A model generated the notes under the pieces. That model saw nothing but the letters and a program-made list of their open reading frames with translations. It did no database searches and was not told where the DNA came from. Both the position numbers and the translations under genes were made by a program. Below, one piece after another: positions 10,207 through 22,295 of a stretch of 43,283 nt of DNA. The DNA comes from Octopus bimaculoides (taxonomy: Eukaryota). How positions within the stretch are numbered: the first letter of the stretch is position 1; each line of letters begins with the position of its first letter. The stretch spans positions 77,543,434 through 77,586,716 of the forward strand of contig NC_068990.1 of NCBI RefSeq assembly GCF_001194135.2, read 5' to 3'.

Positions 10207-11481
10207 TCTGGCTGTTATATTTATTATTTCCTATATAATTTATCTTTTGTCCATTGTCGCTGTGGATTTCTTTCTTATTTAAAAATCACTTGATGACATG
10301 GATTATTATTTTCTTTTTTTTTTCGCGTGGAGTTTTAATTTTATTTTGGGTTTTTTTTTTTAAATGTATTTCTTGTTAGAAAAGAATGTCTATACCCGGA
10401 ATATTTACTCTTTAATGCGTCAACTATAACGTGATAAGAAACCTCATTTAATTTCGAACAAGCGGCCGAAGGCAAGCGAAGTTAAGGCGAATAAAAGAAA
10501 AAGTAGAAAAAGATAGGAAGAATGAAGGTAATTGAAAAAAATAGAAGGTATAGGTAGATAGAGAGAGATAGCATATGCAGAAAGATATATGTATATATAT
10601 ATATANNNNNNNNNNNNNNNNNNNNNNNNNNNNNNNNNNNNNNNNNNNNNNNNNNNNNNNNNNNNNNNNNNNNNNNNNNNNNNNNNNNNNNNNNNNNNNN
10701 NNNNNNNNNNNNNNNNNNNNNNNNNNNNNNNNNNNNNNNNNNNNNNNNNNNNNNNNNNNNNNNNNNNNNNNNNNNNNNNNNNNNNNNNNNNNNNNNNNNN
10801 NNNNNNNNNNNNNNNNNNNNNNNNNNNNNNNNNNNNNNNNNNNNNNNNNNNNNNNNNNNNNNNNNNNNNNNNNNNNNNNNNNNNNNNNNNNNNNNNNNNN
10901 NNNNNNNNNNNNNNNNNNNNNNNNNNNNNNNNNNNNNNNNNNNNNNNNNNNNNNNNNNNNNNNNNNNNNNNNNNNNNNNNNNNNNNNNNNNNNNNNNNNN
11001 NNNNNNNNNNNNNNNNNNNNNNNNNNNNNNNNNNNNNNNNNNNNNNNNNNNNNNNNNNNNNNNNNNNNNNNNNNNNNNNNNNNNNNNNNNNNNNNNNNNN
11101 NNNNNNNNNNNNNNNNNNNNNNNNNNNNNNNNNNNNNNNNNNNNNNNNNNNNNNNNNNNNNNNNNNNNNNNNNNNNNNNNNNNNNNNNNNNNNNNNNNNN
11201 NNNNNNNNNNNNNNNNNNNNNNNNNNNNNNNNNNNNNNNNNNNNNNNNNNNNNNNNNNNNNNNNNNNNNNNNNNNNNNNNNNNNNNNNNNNNNNNNNNNN
11301 NNNNNNNNNNNNNNNNNNNNNNNNNNNNNNNNNNNNNNNNNNNNNNNNNNNNNNNNNNNNNNNNNNNNNNNNNNNNNNNNNNNNNNNNNNNNNNNNNNNN
11401 NNNNNNNNNNNNNNNNNNNNTATATATATATTTATATATATGATTATATATATTATATATATATACATATATATATACATA

Positions 11482-11905
11482 AATCTTTTATCGTTATTTT
11501 TTATTTGTTTCAGTCAACCGACTGCGCCCATGCTGGGGCACCGACATGAAGGGTTTCAATCGAACAGATCGAACTTTTTTTACAGCATAGTTCTTATCCT
11601 ATTGGTCACTTTTGCCAAACCGCTAACTTACGGGGTCATAAATACACCAACACCGACGGTCAAAGTGTGGTGGGGGAAAACACAAACACAAAGATACACA
11701 AGCACAAAGATGTATATATATAGAGAGAGAGAGACGACAGACTTCTTTCAGTGTCTGTCTGCCACATCCACTCACAGGGTTTTGGGCGACCCGAGGTTAT
11801 ACTAGAAGACACTTGCCCAAGGTGCTATACAGTAGAACTGAACCCGGAGCCATGCAGTTGGGAAACAGTCTTCTTACAACACAGTCTCTCCTGCGCCGAT
11901 AAACA
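11482..11905 (-). mobile_element. SINE family A
   Basis: Reverse complement of the full head-microsatellite-tail structure (ctgcgcccatgctgg..gacttctttcagt..agaagacacttgcccaagg). Confidence 0.85.
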
Positions 11906-11929
11906 GCCACGTCTGTGCCTATAAACGTC

Positions 11930-12180
11930 CTTCAAGACTCTCTTCATCGCGCCATGAATTTCCGTCGAACTTCTTGATCACTCGTGCTTCAATTTTACCA
12001 AAATCCACTGTCGGGGCTGCCATCACGTGTTAAATCTGCAAACAAGAGAAATATATATTGAATACGATCGTTATTCTTCGCATATCTTCTAAATAATTGT
12101 CCTACCTCCACTGTAAAGGTAACAGCTCTACACTTTCTTGATACCCTTAAAGACAGCAACTTTTTAGCACCCCCTCGTGT
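11930..12180 (-). mobile_element. Mariner 5' end / internally deleted derivative
   Basis: TIR-like TAcacgagggggtgctaaaaagtt; residual DFGKIEARVIK and ESLE peptides typical of the mariner N-terminus. Confidence 0.6.
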
Positions 12181-12213
12181 ATATATATATATATATATAT
12201 ATATACACGCATA

Positions 12214-12433
12214 TTCTTTTATTCTTTTACTTGTTTCAGTCATTTGACTGCGGCCATGCTGGAGCACCACCTTTAGTCGAACAAATCGACCCTAGTACTT
12301 ATTCTATCCACCACTTTTTGCCGAACTGCTAAGTGACGGGGACGTAAACGCATCAACATCAGTTGTCAAGCGATGGTCGGAGGACAAACAGGCAAAAATA
12401 ACAAATACACACACAAACACACACACACACACA
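12214..12433 (-). mobile_element. SINE family A, 3' half running into a gap
   Basis: tttcagtcatttgactgcggccatgctggagcacc..gttgtcaagcgatgg. Confidence 0.9.
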
Positions 12434-12717
12434 NNNNNNNNNNNNNNNNNNNNNNNNNNNNNNNNNNNNNNNNNNNNNNNNNNNNNNNNNNNNNNNNNNN
12501 NNNNNNNNNNNNNNNNNNNNNNNNNNNNNNNNNNNNNNNNNNNNNNNNNNNNNNNNNNNNNNNNNNNNNNNNNNNNNNNNNNNNNNNNNNNNNNNNNNNN
12601 NNNNNNNNNNNNNNNNNNNNNNNNNNNNNNNNNNNNNNNNNNNNNNNNNNNNNNNNNNNNNNNNNNNNNNNNNNNNNNNNNNNNNNNNNNNNNNNNNNNN
12701 NNNNNNNNNNNNNNNNN

Positions 12718-12754
<37 letters not shown>

Positions 12755-12821
12755 CATCTTTAAATATATCATAATTTTATGTCACTTCATGTGTGTACGC
12801 GCACGTTTACATGGAGAGATA

Positions 12822-13037
12822 GATTCCTTTCTACTCGAGGCACAAGGCCTAAAATTTCGTGGGGAGGGAAGAGTCGATTATATCAACCCCAGTGTTTCAT
12901 TGGTACTTATTTTATGAACCTCGAAAGGATGAAAGGCAAAATCAGCCTTGGCGGAATTTGAACTCGGAATTTGAAGACAGACGAAATGCTGCTAATCATT
13001 TTGCCCGGCATGGTAACGATTCTGCCAGCTCGCCGCC
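12822..13037 (-). mobile_element. tRNA-derived SINE family D
   Basis: Minus head ggcggcgagctggcagaatcgtta..gagttcaaattccgcc..ccttgtgcc tail. Confidence 0.85.
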
Positions 13038-13502
13038 TTATACGGAGAATCTGACTGATAAATGGGTTATTTATTCGATAGACAAGTAAATGTATTCGTT
13101 GTATATGAGTGGGTGTTCTCACACTTCGTTATTCTTTATAATTCTCTAAAAATGAAAGATGCATCAAGCGCTGAGTTTCGATGTTTTAATGTAAGATTCA
13201 TATTACTGTACGAAAATGTCTTAATTAAGTATTTATTTATTTATTTATGAAATTGAAATAATGGTAATAAATATACACTTCTGAAAAATGAAATATAAAA
13301 GTTAATACAATATATATGAAACATTTTCTGCATTTGCTGTATAGTAAACTAATTAGTTAATTAGAAATCTTACTGGTTACACATTGATTGTATAATTGTA
13401 TATCATGTACCATATCCATCATCACGTTACACAGACGAGAGTGTTTTAGTGCCTCGGGGTTATGGAGGTACATATAGCCCAAATAATATACAAACCTGTT
13501 GT

Positions 13503-13562
<60 letters not shown>

Positions 13563-14302
13563 ACATACACACACGTGTGCATATTTAAGGGAATATGTAT
13601 CTAAGTATATTATGTATATATATATANNNNNNNNNNNNNNNNNNNNNNNNNNNNNNNNNNNNNNNNNNNNNNNNNNNNNNNNNNNNNNNNNNNNNNNNNN
13701 NNNNNNNNNNNNNNNNNNNNNNNNNNNNNNNNNNNNNNNNNNNNNNNNNNNNNNNNNNNNNNNNNNNNNNNNNNNNNNNNNNNNNNNNNNNNNNNNNNNN
13801 NNNNNNNNNNNNNNNNNNNNNNNNNNNNNNNNNNNNNNNNNNNNNNNNNNNNNNNNNNNNNNNNNNNNNNNNNNNNNNNNNNNNNNNNNNNNNNNNNNNN
13901 NNNNNNNNNNNNNNNNNNNNNNNNNNNNNNNNNNNNNNNNNNNNNNNNNNNNNNNNNNNNNNNNNNNNNNNNNNNNNNNNNNNNNNNNNNNNNNNNNNNN
14001 NNNNNNNNNNNNNNNNNNNNNNNNNNNNNNNNNNNNNNNNNNNNNNNNNNNNNNNNNNNNNNNNNNNNNNNNNNNNNNNNNNNNNNNNNNNNNNNNNNNN
14101 NNNNNNNNNNNNNNNNNNNNNNNNNNNNNNNNNNNNNNNNNNNNNNNNNNNNNNNNNNNNNNNNNNNNNNNNNNNNNNNNNNNNNNNNNNNNNNNNNNNN
14201 NNNNNNNNNNNNNNNNNNNNNNNNNNNNNNNNNNNNNNNNNNNNNNNNNNNNNNNNNNNNNNNNNNNNNNNNNNNNNNNNNNNATATATGTATATATATA
14301 CG

Positions 14303-14338
<36 letters not shown>

Positions 14339-14355
14339 TGCATGTATGTATTATG

Positions 14356-14393
<38 letters not shown>

Positions 14394-14581
14394 TAGAGAA
14401 TAGTAAATTGTCATTTTGCCAAAGAAAGTGCGTAAACGTTCACTGTAAAACTATACACCCCAAGTTTTGCATCAGAAACTGATCGAACGTGGTCGTTTAG
14501 TCTGCTTCGAAGAAGTAGCAGGTAAACCTACCTCAAATCTCATCCAATGATACTTAAAACAATTTACCATACTTATGCCAT

Positions 14582-15030
14582 TGAATTTCTGGCTATGAGG
14601 TAGGAAGCCTGTGTCACAATCACATGGGTCCGGTTTCAGTCCTTCTGCCTAGATCCTTGAGCAAGCGTCTTCTACTATAGCACCAGGTCGACCAAATTCT
14701 TGTGAGTGGATTTGGTCGACGGAAACTGAAATAAGCCCGTCATGTATATAATTATGCGCGTGCGATGTGTATCTGTGTGCGTATGTGTGTGTTTGTATGT
14801 GTTTATGTGTCTTTGCGTTTGTGTTTGCCCGCCCATCTGACTTGACATTCCGCTGTTTGTTTGTTTACGTTCCCGTAACCTAGTGACTCCGCAAAAAGAG
14901 AACGACAGAATAAATATCAAGGTTTAAAAAATATGTACCGGGATCAATTTGTCCAACTAAACCTTTCAAGACGATGTCCCTGCATGGCCGCAGTCCAATT
15001 GACTGAAACAAGAAAAAGATAAAATACGAA
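14582..15030 (+). mobile_element. SINE family A, near full-length
   Basis: ccggtttcagtcc head, gacggaaactgaaataagcccgtc, microsatellite, catggccgcagtc tail. Confidence 0.85.
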
Positions 15031-16274
15031 AGATATACAAACAATAAGAATAATGTGGTTAGAATATTAGAGCCTCACTGTACGCCATCCATGCTCTGTT
15101 GAACATTGGAGAAGCAGGACAGCATAAAATCACTAGCTGTTTTACTAGTGATAACATTTTGATGAAGGACGACCACCCTGTGGCTTTGTACCATACAACA
15201 ACTAGGTGACAAACCTCTTGTCCATAATGCTTCTTCGCGTTTATGTCCCGAACTAAAACTCTTAATCCAAGACATTCGATGGATATAATATGTATTGATT
15301 ACAAAATGTATTTATATCTGACCAGTCCCTAAGAATTTTATGCAGCACAGTTATTTTTTATAAGTGGAAATTCGCTACGGGTTGAGCCGACAGCAGGAAA
15401 AATTTCAGACGAAGAACTATCAAACAAATATTTCGGCTTGTTTGTTCCTGATATTCGAAGGGAACAGGGCCTACCTAGGTGATGACTCCTAGGTGTACTC
15501 TTGGTGTTTTTGAAATGTCACCTTTTGTGGGAATTGGACACTGAGCCTTGAGGTGGCCTAATTTCCGTTAACTGTGGTGTATATCGCTCAGTTACAACTG
15601 CTACCGCAAAAACTTGCACTGACGATCTATTTGATTTCCTTCCTACTAGGTTTAGCACCTTGCAGTATTCCTTTCCAGCTCTAGCTATTAGTTTTTTTTT
15701 TGTTTTTTTGTTTTTGCCCATAACCACATTGAGCTCTTCCCAGCTGCCTCTGGCCGACGTTTCATCGTTCCTATTCTTTGTCTACCCTTGATTTCAAGCT
15801 GACCTAGTAGCTGGCAATTTCAGTCTTGAGATGTTGTAAGAAAATGATTTAACAATTTCACTGCTTGCTCTAAACGGCAACAATTAACTGTGAACAAGAC
15901 AATGATAACCTTTAGACTAAAGTGATGTCAAGTGTTCATATCATCGAAGCTTTTGAGAAAGAAAAGGACTGCAAAAGCAAGCAAGAATGCCTAACTTCAT
16001 AAATAATCTTTTTCCGGTGATGAAAAAAAGAAGGGGCACTTTTTAATACTCTTCAAAAGTATGGGTTATCGCACCTTGAATTTGGTATAATTATCTGCAA
16101 AAGCACAATTTCATCAACAATCAGTCATATTTTTCCATCATTTATCTGTTGTTTCACTCCGGACTGCAGTTGTAAACAGTTGTAAACAGCAATACTGGCG
16201 AGATAATAGCAATCTATTTGAACATCATTATATATTACTGTGATTTTTAGACTTCGTTGCAACATTGTGTGTTG

Positions 16275-16941
16275 AATTCTTTCTAATTTTGGTATAAGAT
16301 CAGGAGTTCTGAGGGGAAGGGGAAAGACGATTCAATGGACCCCAGTGCTCAAATGATACTTACTTTTATCGACTCCGAAAGGAAATAATGCGATGTTGAC
16401 ATCAGTGTAATTTTTGAGCTCAGAAAATAATGAATCGGAAGAAATGCCGCTTAGCATTTTCTCCGGCGTGCTATCGATTCTGCCAGGTCGCCGCCTTCGT
16501 GGTGTGATAATAATCCTTTATTATACAGGCAGAAGGCCGGAAATTTTGTGGAAGGGGCTAGTTGATTAAATCAACCCCAGTACTTGACTGTCTCTTCTTT
16601 TTTTTTATCGACACCGAAGGGATGAAAGACAAACTCGACCTCGGTGGAATTTGAGCTCAGAACGTAAAGACAGGCGCAATGCCGCTAAACATTTTGTCCG
16701 GCGTGCAGTCCATTTTGCCAGCTCATCACCTTTTGATAATAATAGTATCAAATTCTAGCACAAGACCAGCAATTTCAAGAGAGAAAAATAAGTCTATATA
16801 GACCCCAGCGTACAACTGGTACTTATTTTATCGGCCTCGAAATGATGAACGGCAAACTCGACCCCGACGAAACCTAAAGTCGGAAGAAATGCCGCTAAGC
16901 ATTTTGTCCGGTGCTGTGCGATTCTGCTACCTCACTGCCTT
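16275..16941 (-). mobile_element. Three head-to-tail SINE family D copies (about 16275-16497, 16505-16732, 16735-16941)
   Basis: Heads end in cgccgcctt, catcacctt and cactgcctt on the + strand, each followed by the AAT tail of the next copy. Confidence 0.85.
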
Positions 16942-17210
16942 TTTGTGGCGTGATCGTAATAATAACGAAAGTAATTTTCATCAAGATGTTATCTAAACAC
17001 TGCGAGCTGGTTAACGCCACCATCACCGCCACAAAGAGAGAAGGTTTGAAATAAACAGTTGGTGTGGTGCGAATCTTCAACAGTAAAGAAGCACCAAAAT
17101 ATAGACAAGAATGGGTTAAAGAATATAGAATCCATGATGAGGTCAAGCTCCGACAGCAAGAAACGTTGTAGATAGTCAAGTAGGAAGACAGGCAGTCAGG
17201 CAGCCTTGGC

Positions 17211-17212
<2 letters not shown>

Positions 17213-17271
<59 letters not shown>

Positions 17272-17475
17272 CATTTCTTTTATTAGCCACACAGGGCTCA
17301 ACGAAGATGGGACAAATACAATGTAGAGCTTTTCTTTTTGGGATGGGGAAGGAATAAAAAAAAAAAAATTTAATTTAAAAATGAAAAAAAAGGGGGTAGT
17401 GTCGATCAAAAGGGATCGTAGGAAGGGAAAAAGGGGGAGTTCGATCAAAAGGGATCGAGAAAAAAAAAGACAGAC

Positions 17476-17535
<60 letters not shown>

Positions 17536-17570
17536 GGATGGATAGATAGATAGTTAGATTGATAGATGGA
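17213..17570. repeat. (AGAT)n tracts flanking a retroelement-like 3' end
   Basis: (gata)n at about 17213-17270 and 17478-17570; the minus strand between them ends gtggctAATAAAagaaatg(tatc)n. Confidence 0.7.
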
Positions 17571-18168
17571 TAAATAGATTCAAGACTTTCTAAAATAAAA
17601 AAAAACTGAATTGAAGGAGATTTTTAGCAGTTTTTCTCGATGGTACAGAAATCACAAGTTCGTCCGTTCATGGTTTCGATTTGATCCCAGTACAAATTAT
17701 ACCACACATATTGTACCTGCTTATAGATTATAAATGCAACCCGTGTATTACATATTTCCCAAATACGGTAAGAATATCAGGCTAATCATGGAGAATTTTT
17801 ATTTTGCTGAAAGCAGGTGTTGAAACTGTTTCGTAGACAAGATTTGCTAAGAGCTTCAAAGATTATATATATATGTGTTTCTGTGTGTGTGTGTGTGTGT
17901 GGTGTATATAGATATATATGTACGTATGTATATAGGTGTGTATGTTTGTATGCATATATGTATGTATGTATACATGCATAGATATGTATGTATGTTTGTA
18001 TATATGTGTATATGTGTGTGTGTGTGTACACGCGTCACGCGCATACAAACACACATACGTATATAAAGCAGAGAAATTTGGATAAGAAGGATGAAAGACA
18101 GCGGATAATGAGGATAACGTGAGAAGGAATGATAAGAGAGGATGTCTTTAGATAGACGGAAAACCAGA

Positions 18169-18209
<41 letters not shown>

Positions 18210-18277
18210 GAGAGAGACAGAGACAGAGTGAGAGACAAAGACAGAGACAGAGAGTGTGTATGCGTGTGTGTGTGTAT

Positions 18278-18308
<31 letters not shown>

Positions 18309-18542
18309 CGAGAGGGAAACTGCAAGAGAGACAGACAGACAATGTGAGAGACGGAGAGACGGAGAGACAGAGACAGTGACACGGTGAAAAGGAAAACGAA
18401 AGGAAACGATGGAAAATAGAAGTAACAGTTTCCTATTGTTAGCGCATTGGCTTTCATAATCGATGGCTATCTTTGATGTCTGTTGAAACTGTAAAAGAAA
18501 TAGAGAGAAAAAATTCCTCTAAAGACAAACGATAAACATCAA

Positions 18543-18629
18543 AGAAGAAGAAGAAGAAGAAGAAGAAGAAGAAGAAGAAGAAGAAGAAGAAGAAGAAGAA
18601 GAAGAAGAAGAAGNNNNNNNNNNAAGAAG

Positions 18630-18658
<29 letters not shown>
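18543..18658. repeat. (GAA)n microsatellite
   Basis: Direct reading; interrupted by a 10-N gap. Confidence 0.98.
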
Positions 18659-18661
<3 letters not shown>

Positions 18662-18851
18662 CAACAACAACAACAACAAAAAGAACTTTTGCCAGATTGG
18701 CTGCTAACATTGCTCTTACATTATAGAACAGGAATAATGATTTACTGATGAAAAAATAAAGCAGAAAATTAGGTGGCAAATACGCATGTATGTATGTACG
18801 TCTGTATGTACCTACCTACCTACCTACCTACGTATGTACGTATGTATATAT

Positions 18852-19141
18852 GGCAACAGGGTTGTGAAAGAAAACATCTTTTTTTTTTTTTCATCATTCT
18901 CCAAATCTTAAGAAGATCTAGCAGATAACGTGATGATTTGTAGGGTATAAATTAAAGACTAGCAATCTCTCTCCTTGAACCCAAATTCAACCATACTTTG
19001 CTCCAGACGGGTTGGAATGTATCCTGCTGCTCCAATAATAATAGGTATGAAACTGAAAGTGTGTCTTGAGAACTGTATTTTCAAACTATCAATGCTCAAT
19101 GGATGATTTCTGTATGTATACATGGATGTAATTCCGTGCAT
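18852..19141 (-). mobile_element. 3' fragment of an RLE-type non-LTR retrotransposon (R2 group, R4/Dong-like PIIIGAxG motif)
   Basis: LKIQFSRHTFSFIPIIIGAAGYIPTRLEQSMVEFGFKERDC*SLIYTLQIITLS; 3' side runs into (ACAT)n-like repeats; 5' side lost in a gap. Confidence 0.7.
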
Positions 19142-19847
19142 NNNNNNNNNNNNNNNNNNNNNNNNNNNNNNNNNNNNNNNNNNNNNNNNNNNNNNNNNNN
19201 NNNNNNNNNNNNNNNNNNNNNNNNNNNNNNNNNNNNNNNNNNNNNNNNNNNNNNNNNNNNNNNNNNNNNNNNNNNNNNNNNNNNNNNNNNNNNNNNNNNN
19301 NNNNNNNNNNNNNNNNNNNNNNNNNNNNNNNNNNNNNNNNNNNNNNNNNNNNNNNNNNNNNNNNNNNNNNNNNNNNNNNNNNNNNNNNNNNNNNNNNNNN
19401 NNNNNNNNNNNNNNNNNNNNNNNNNNNNNNNNNNNNNNNNNNNNNNNNNNNNNNNNNNNNNNNNNNNNNNNNNNNNNNNNNNNNNNNNNNNNNNNNNNNN
19501 NNNNNNNNNNNNNNNNNNNNNNNNNNNNNNNNNNNNNNNNNNNNNNNNNNNNNNNNNNNNNNNNNNNNNNNNNNNNNNNNNNNNNNNNNNNNNNNNNNNN
19601 NNNNNNNNNNNNNNNNNNNNNNNNNNNNNNNNNNNNNNNNNNNNNNNNNNNNNNNNNNNNNNNNNNNNNNNNNNNNNNNNNNNNNNNNNNNNNNNNNNNN
19701 NNNNNNNNNNNNNNTATTTATATAAAGGGCATTATTACAGAAAATAATAACGCCACACAGTGGACTTCTCAAAATAACCACATTTAGTACCTAATGCGAG
19801 GAAAAACAACCAACAGAAGACGACCAACTTTCTTTTAAATAAACTTA

Positions 19848-19909
19848 ACTGTGTATCGGCCGATTTCGCGATTACTAGAATGAATCTAGATTTCGTTCAT
19901 CAGCACAGT
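19848..19909 (-). ncRNA. Type I hammerhead ribozyme, near intact
   Basis: ACTGTG-CTGATGA-A CGA aat CTAGA ttcat TCTAG taa TCG C-GAAA-TCGGCCGA-TA-CACAGT: 6-bp stem I, complete core, AUA triplet, palindromic stem III; only the 10.1-11.1 pair is A.C instead of G-C. Confidence 0.85.
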
Positions 19910-20299
19910 ATTGTCCCAAAAATATATATAAATAAACAGAATTCTCACCTCACCAAAAACGAACACACTACGTATCCGACAGAGTAAAGGGAATGAAGTT
20001 TATCTGTATATATCTTCATCAAAGAAGCGGGAATACTTCAGGGTTGCTTCTGGGTACCCATGTGGAAACAGGAATAAAAATTCAACATTGAATATATTCC
20101 GTGTATATATTTGATAAATAAATTCATATATATATTATACATATACCTACATATATATACATATATATATATATATGCGTATATATATATATATATGTAT
20201 ATGTATGCATATATATATACACATATACATATATAGATAAACGTATATGTATATATATGGATATGTATGCATATATATATGTATGATATATATATAGAG

Positions 20300-20337
<38 letters not shown>

Positions 20338-21022
20338 TTAGATAGATAGATAGATAGATAGATAGATATAACCCCCTCTTTCACATTTTTGTAGTCTACA
20401 TATTTGCCATGGTTTATCTCCCTAGTATCTTCTCTATGTTCTTTTGATTTTTTTCTCTTTCTCGTCCTCCCCTAATTCTTCAATCCTTCTACCTCCTATC
20501 TCTCTCCTTTCCTTCCATGTGACCGCCGCTCGGCCAAGTATGATCTTTCTTTTTTGGCTCGACTGCCAGACGAAGCACCTCTTATTCCTGTCTTCTGACT
20601 TTCATCTCTGATGTTCATCTATGTTCCTGCCTCAAGGCTTTCACTCAACACACGCCAGCTCAACTTGATTCGTCTCTAATAGTTGAAAGACACCTGTTGT
20701 TATTTTTTTGTTGTTTGTACTTATAATTGAGTAACATTTGCTCCGTTTTTTTGTTTGTTTGTTTGTCTTTGTTGTCGTACACATTCGCTTGCTTTCTCCC
20801 CGAATATATATTGCTCTTAGCTAATATTTTGGGGGCAGCCAGATTTGAGCAGTCCCAAGTCTAACTGGCCGAAACTGAAAGGAAGATCTGGAAACTTGAC
20901 TGATGGGAGAAGGCCACGAATGGCTCGTCCTTGTTTTGTTTTGTCCGTCTTTTTGTTAATTTTCGTATCGTCTATCTCTCTAGATGTTTTATTGTCGTTT
21001 GTTGCGTTGTTGCTCCATTTTT

Positions 21023-21066
<44 letters not shown>

Positions 21067-21787
21067 NNNNNNNNNNNNNNNNNNNNNNNNNNNNNNNNNN
21101 NNNNNNNNNNNNNNNNNNNNNNNNNNNNNNNNNNNNNNNNNNNNNNNNNNNNNNNNNNNNNNNNNNNNNNNNNNNNNNNNNNNNNNNNNNNNNNNNNNNN
21201 NNNNNNNNNNNNNNNNNNNNNNNNNNNNNNNNNNNNNNNNNNNNNNNNNNNNNNNNNNNNNNNNNNNNNNNNNNNNNGGGCGTGGATGGATGGATGGATG
21301 GATGGATGGATTGATGAATGGATGGATCTATGTATGTATGTATGTATGTATGTATGTATGTATGTAGGCATGTGTAAGTATAGCTGAGTCGTTTAGGTGT
21401 CAGATGGAATGTATTCCAATATGCCTTCCGGATCTTTGCGTTATGCGTTCAAATTCCGCTAAAATGAAGTTAGCCTTTTGGAATCAAAAAACAAAAGAAG
21501 AAAAGCTACCACCACAGAATAGTGAATTGGTAGAATTGTTAGATCTGTCGATTGAAATATCGGCTCGAACTCCGCGTGCCCTTGAAGCTCGTCATGATGT
21601 CAAACTCTATTGGCACTGTCTAACACTTGAAAAACATTACAGACGTGCATGTATAGGGAAACGACTGGTATTCTGCAATACGTCGTATCGTAAATTGCAT
21701 TTACTTTCTCAGCATTGACCAACAAAGACCCTGGAATGCATTTATGTATGCGTTTGCATGTATGTATTCGTACATATGTATGTATGT

Positions 21788-21862
21788 CATTATTCAGTTT
21801 ATTTCAAAATTTCTTGCCAATAGAGAAAGACCCGGTCACTAACCCAGATGCAAGGTTCCTTC
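21788..21862 (-). mobile_element. Short repeat family E, flanked by (ATGT)n on both sides
   Basis: tcattattcagtttatttcaaaatttcttgccaatagagaaagacccgg matches 27565 and 35723. Confidence 0.8.
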
Positions 21863-22229
21863 GTATGTGTGCATGTATGTATTCGTACATATGTATGTAT
21901 NNNNNNNNNNNNNNNNNNNNNNNNNNNNNNNNNNNNNNNNNNNNNNNNNNNNNNNNNNNNNNNNNNNNNNNNNNNNNNNNNNNNNNNNNNNNNNNNNNNN
22001 NNNNNNNNNNNNNNNNNNNNNNNNNNNNNNNNNNNNNNNNNNNNNNNNNNNNNNNNNNNNNNNNNNNNNNNNNNNNNNNNNNNNNNNNNNNNNNNNNNNN
22101 NNNNNNNNNNNNNNNNNNNNNNNNNNNNNNNNNNNNNNNNNNNNNNNNNNNNNNNNNNNNNNNNNNNNNNNNNNNNNNNNNNNNNNNNNNNNNNNNNNNN
22201 NNNNNNNNNNNNNNNNNNNNNNNNNNNNN

Positions 22230-22290
<61 letters not shown>

Positions 22291-22295
22291 ATATA

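Noticed and set aside
15960-16140. LIVDEIVLL (-) resembling a piggyBac DDE start; FNTLQKYGL (+) resembling a LINE RT
   Set aside because: Isolated short matches on opposite strands with no supporting motifs
17125-17180. ATGATGA..GAAACGTTGTA hammerhead-like string
   Set aside because: C3 is missing, stem II does not close next to GAAA, and stem I is at most 3 bp
17727-17767. 41-nt micro-exon candidate (ttatag|..|gtaaga; YKCNPCITYFPNT)
   Set aside because: Weak acceptor and short length; such matches are expected by chance
18430-18505. Strong minus-strand acceptor followed by FQQTSKIAIDYESQCANNRK
   Set aside because: No good donor, and it runs into CT repeats
20000-20035. TTGATGAAGATATATAC (-) resembling the 27.9 kb hammerhead, about 110 nt upstream of the intact one
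   Set aside because: No stem II or GAAA; too degenerate to call a tandem ribozyme
20500-20930. Possible RTE-like C-terminus (-) and a Tc1-like WGQPDLS..WPKLK string (+)
   Set aside because: Similarities are too short and degenerate to call
21404-21718. 104-aa ORF
   Set aside because: Built largely from decayed SINE D pieces
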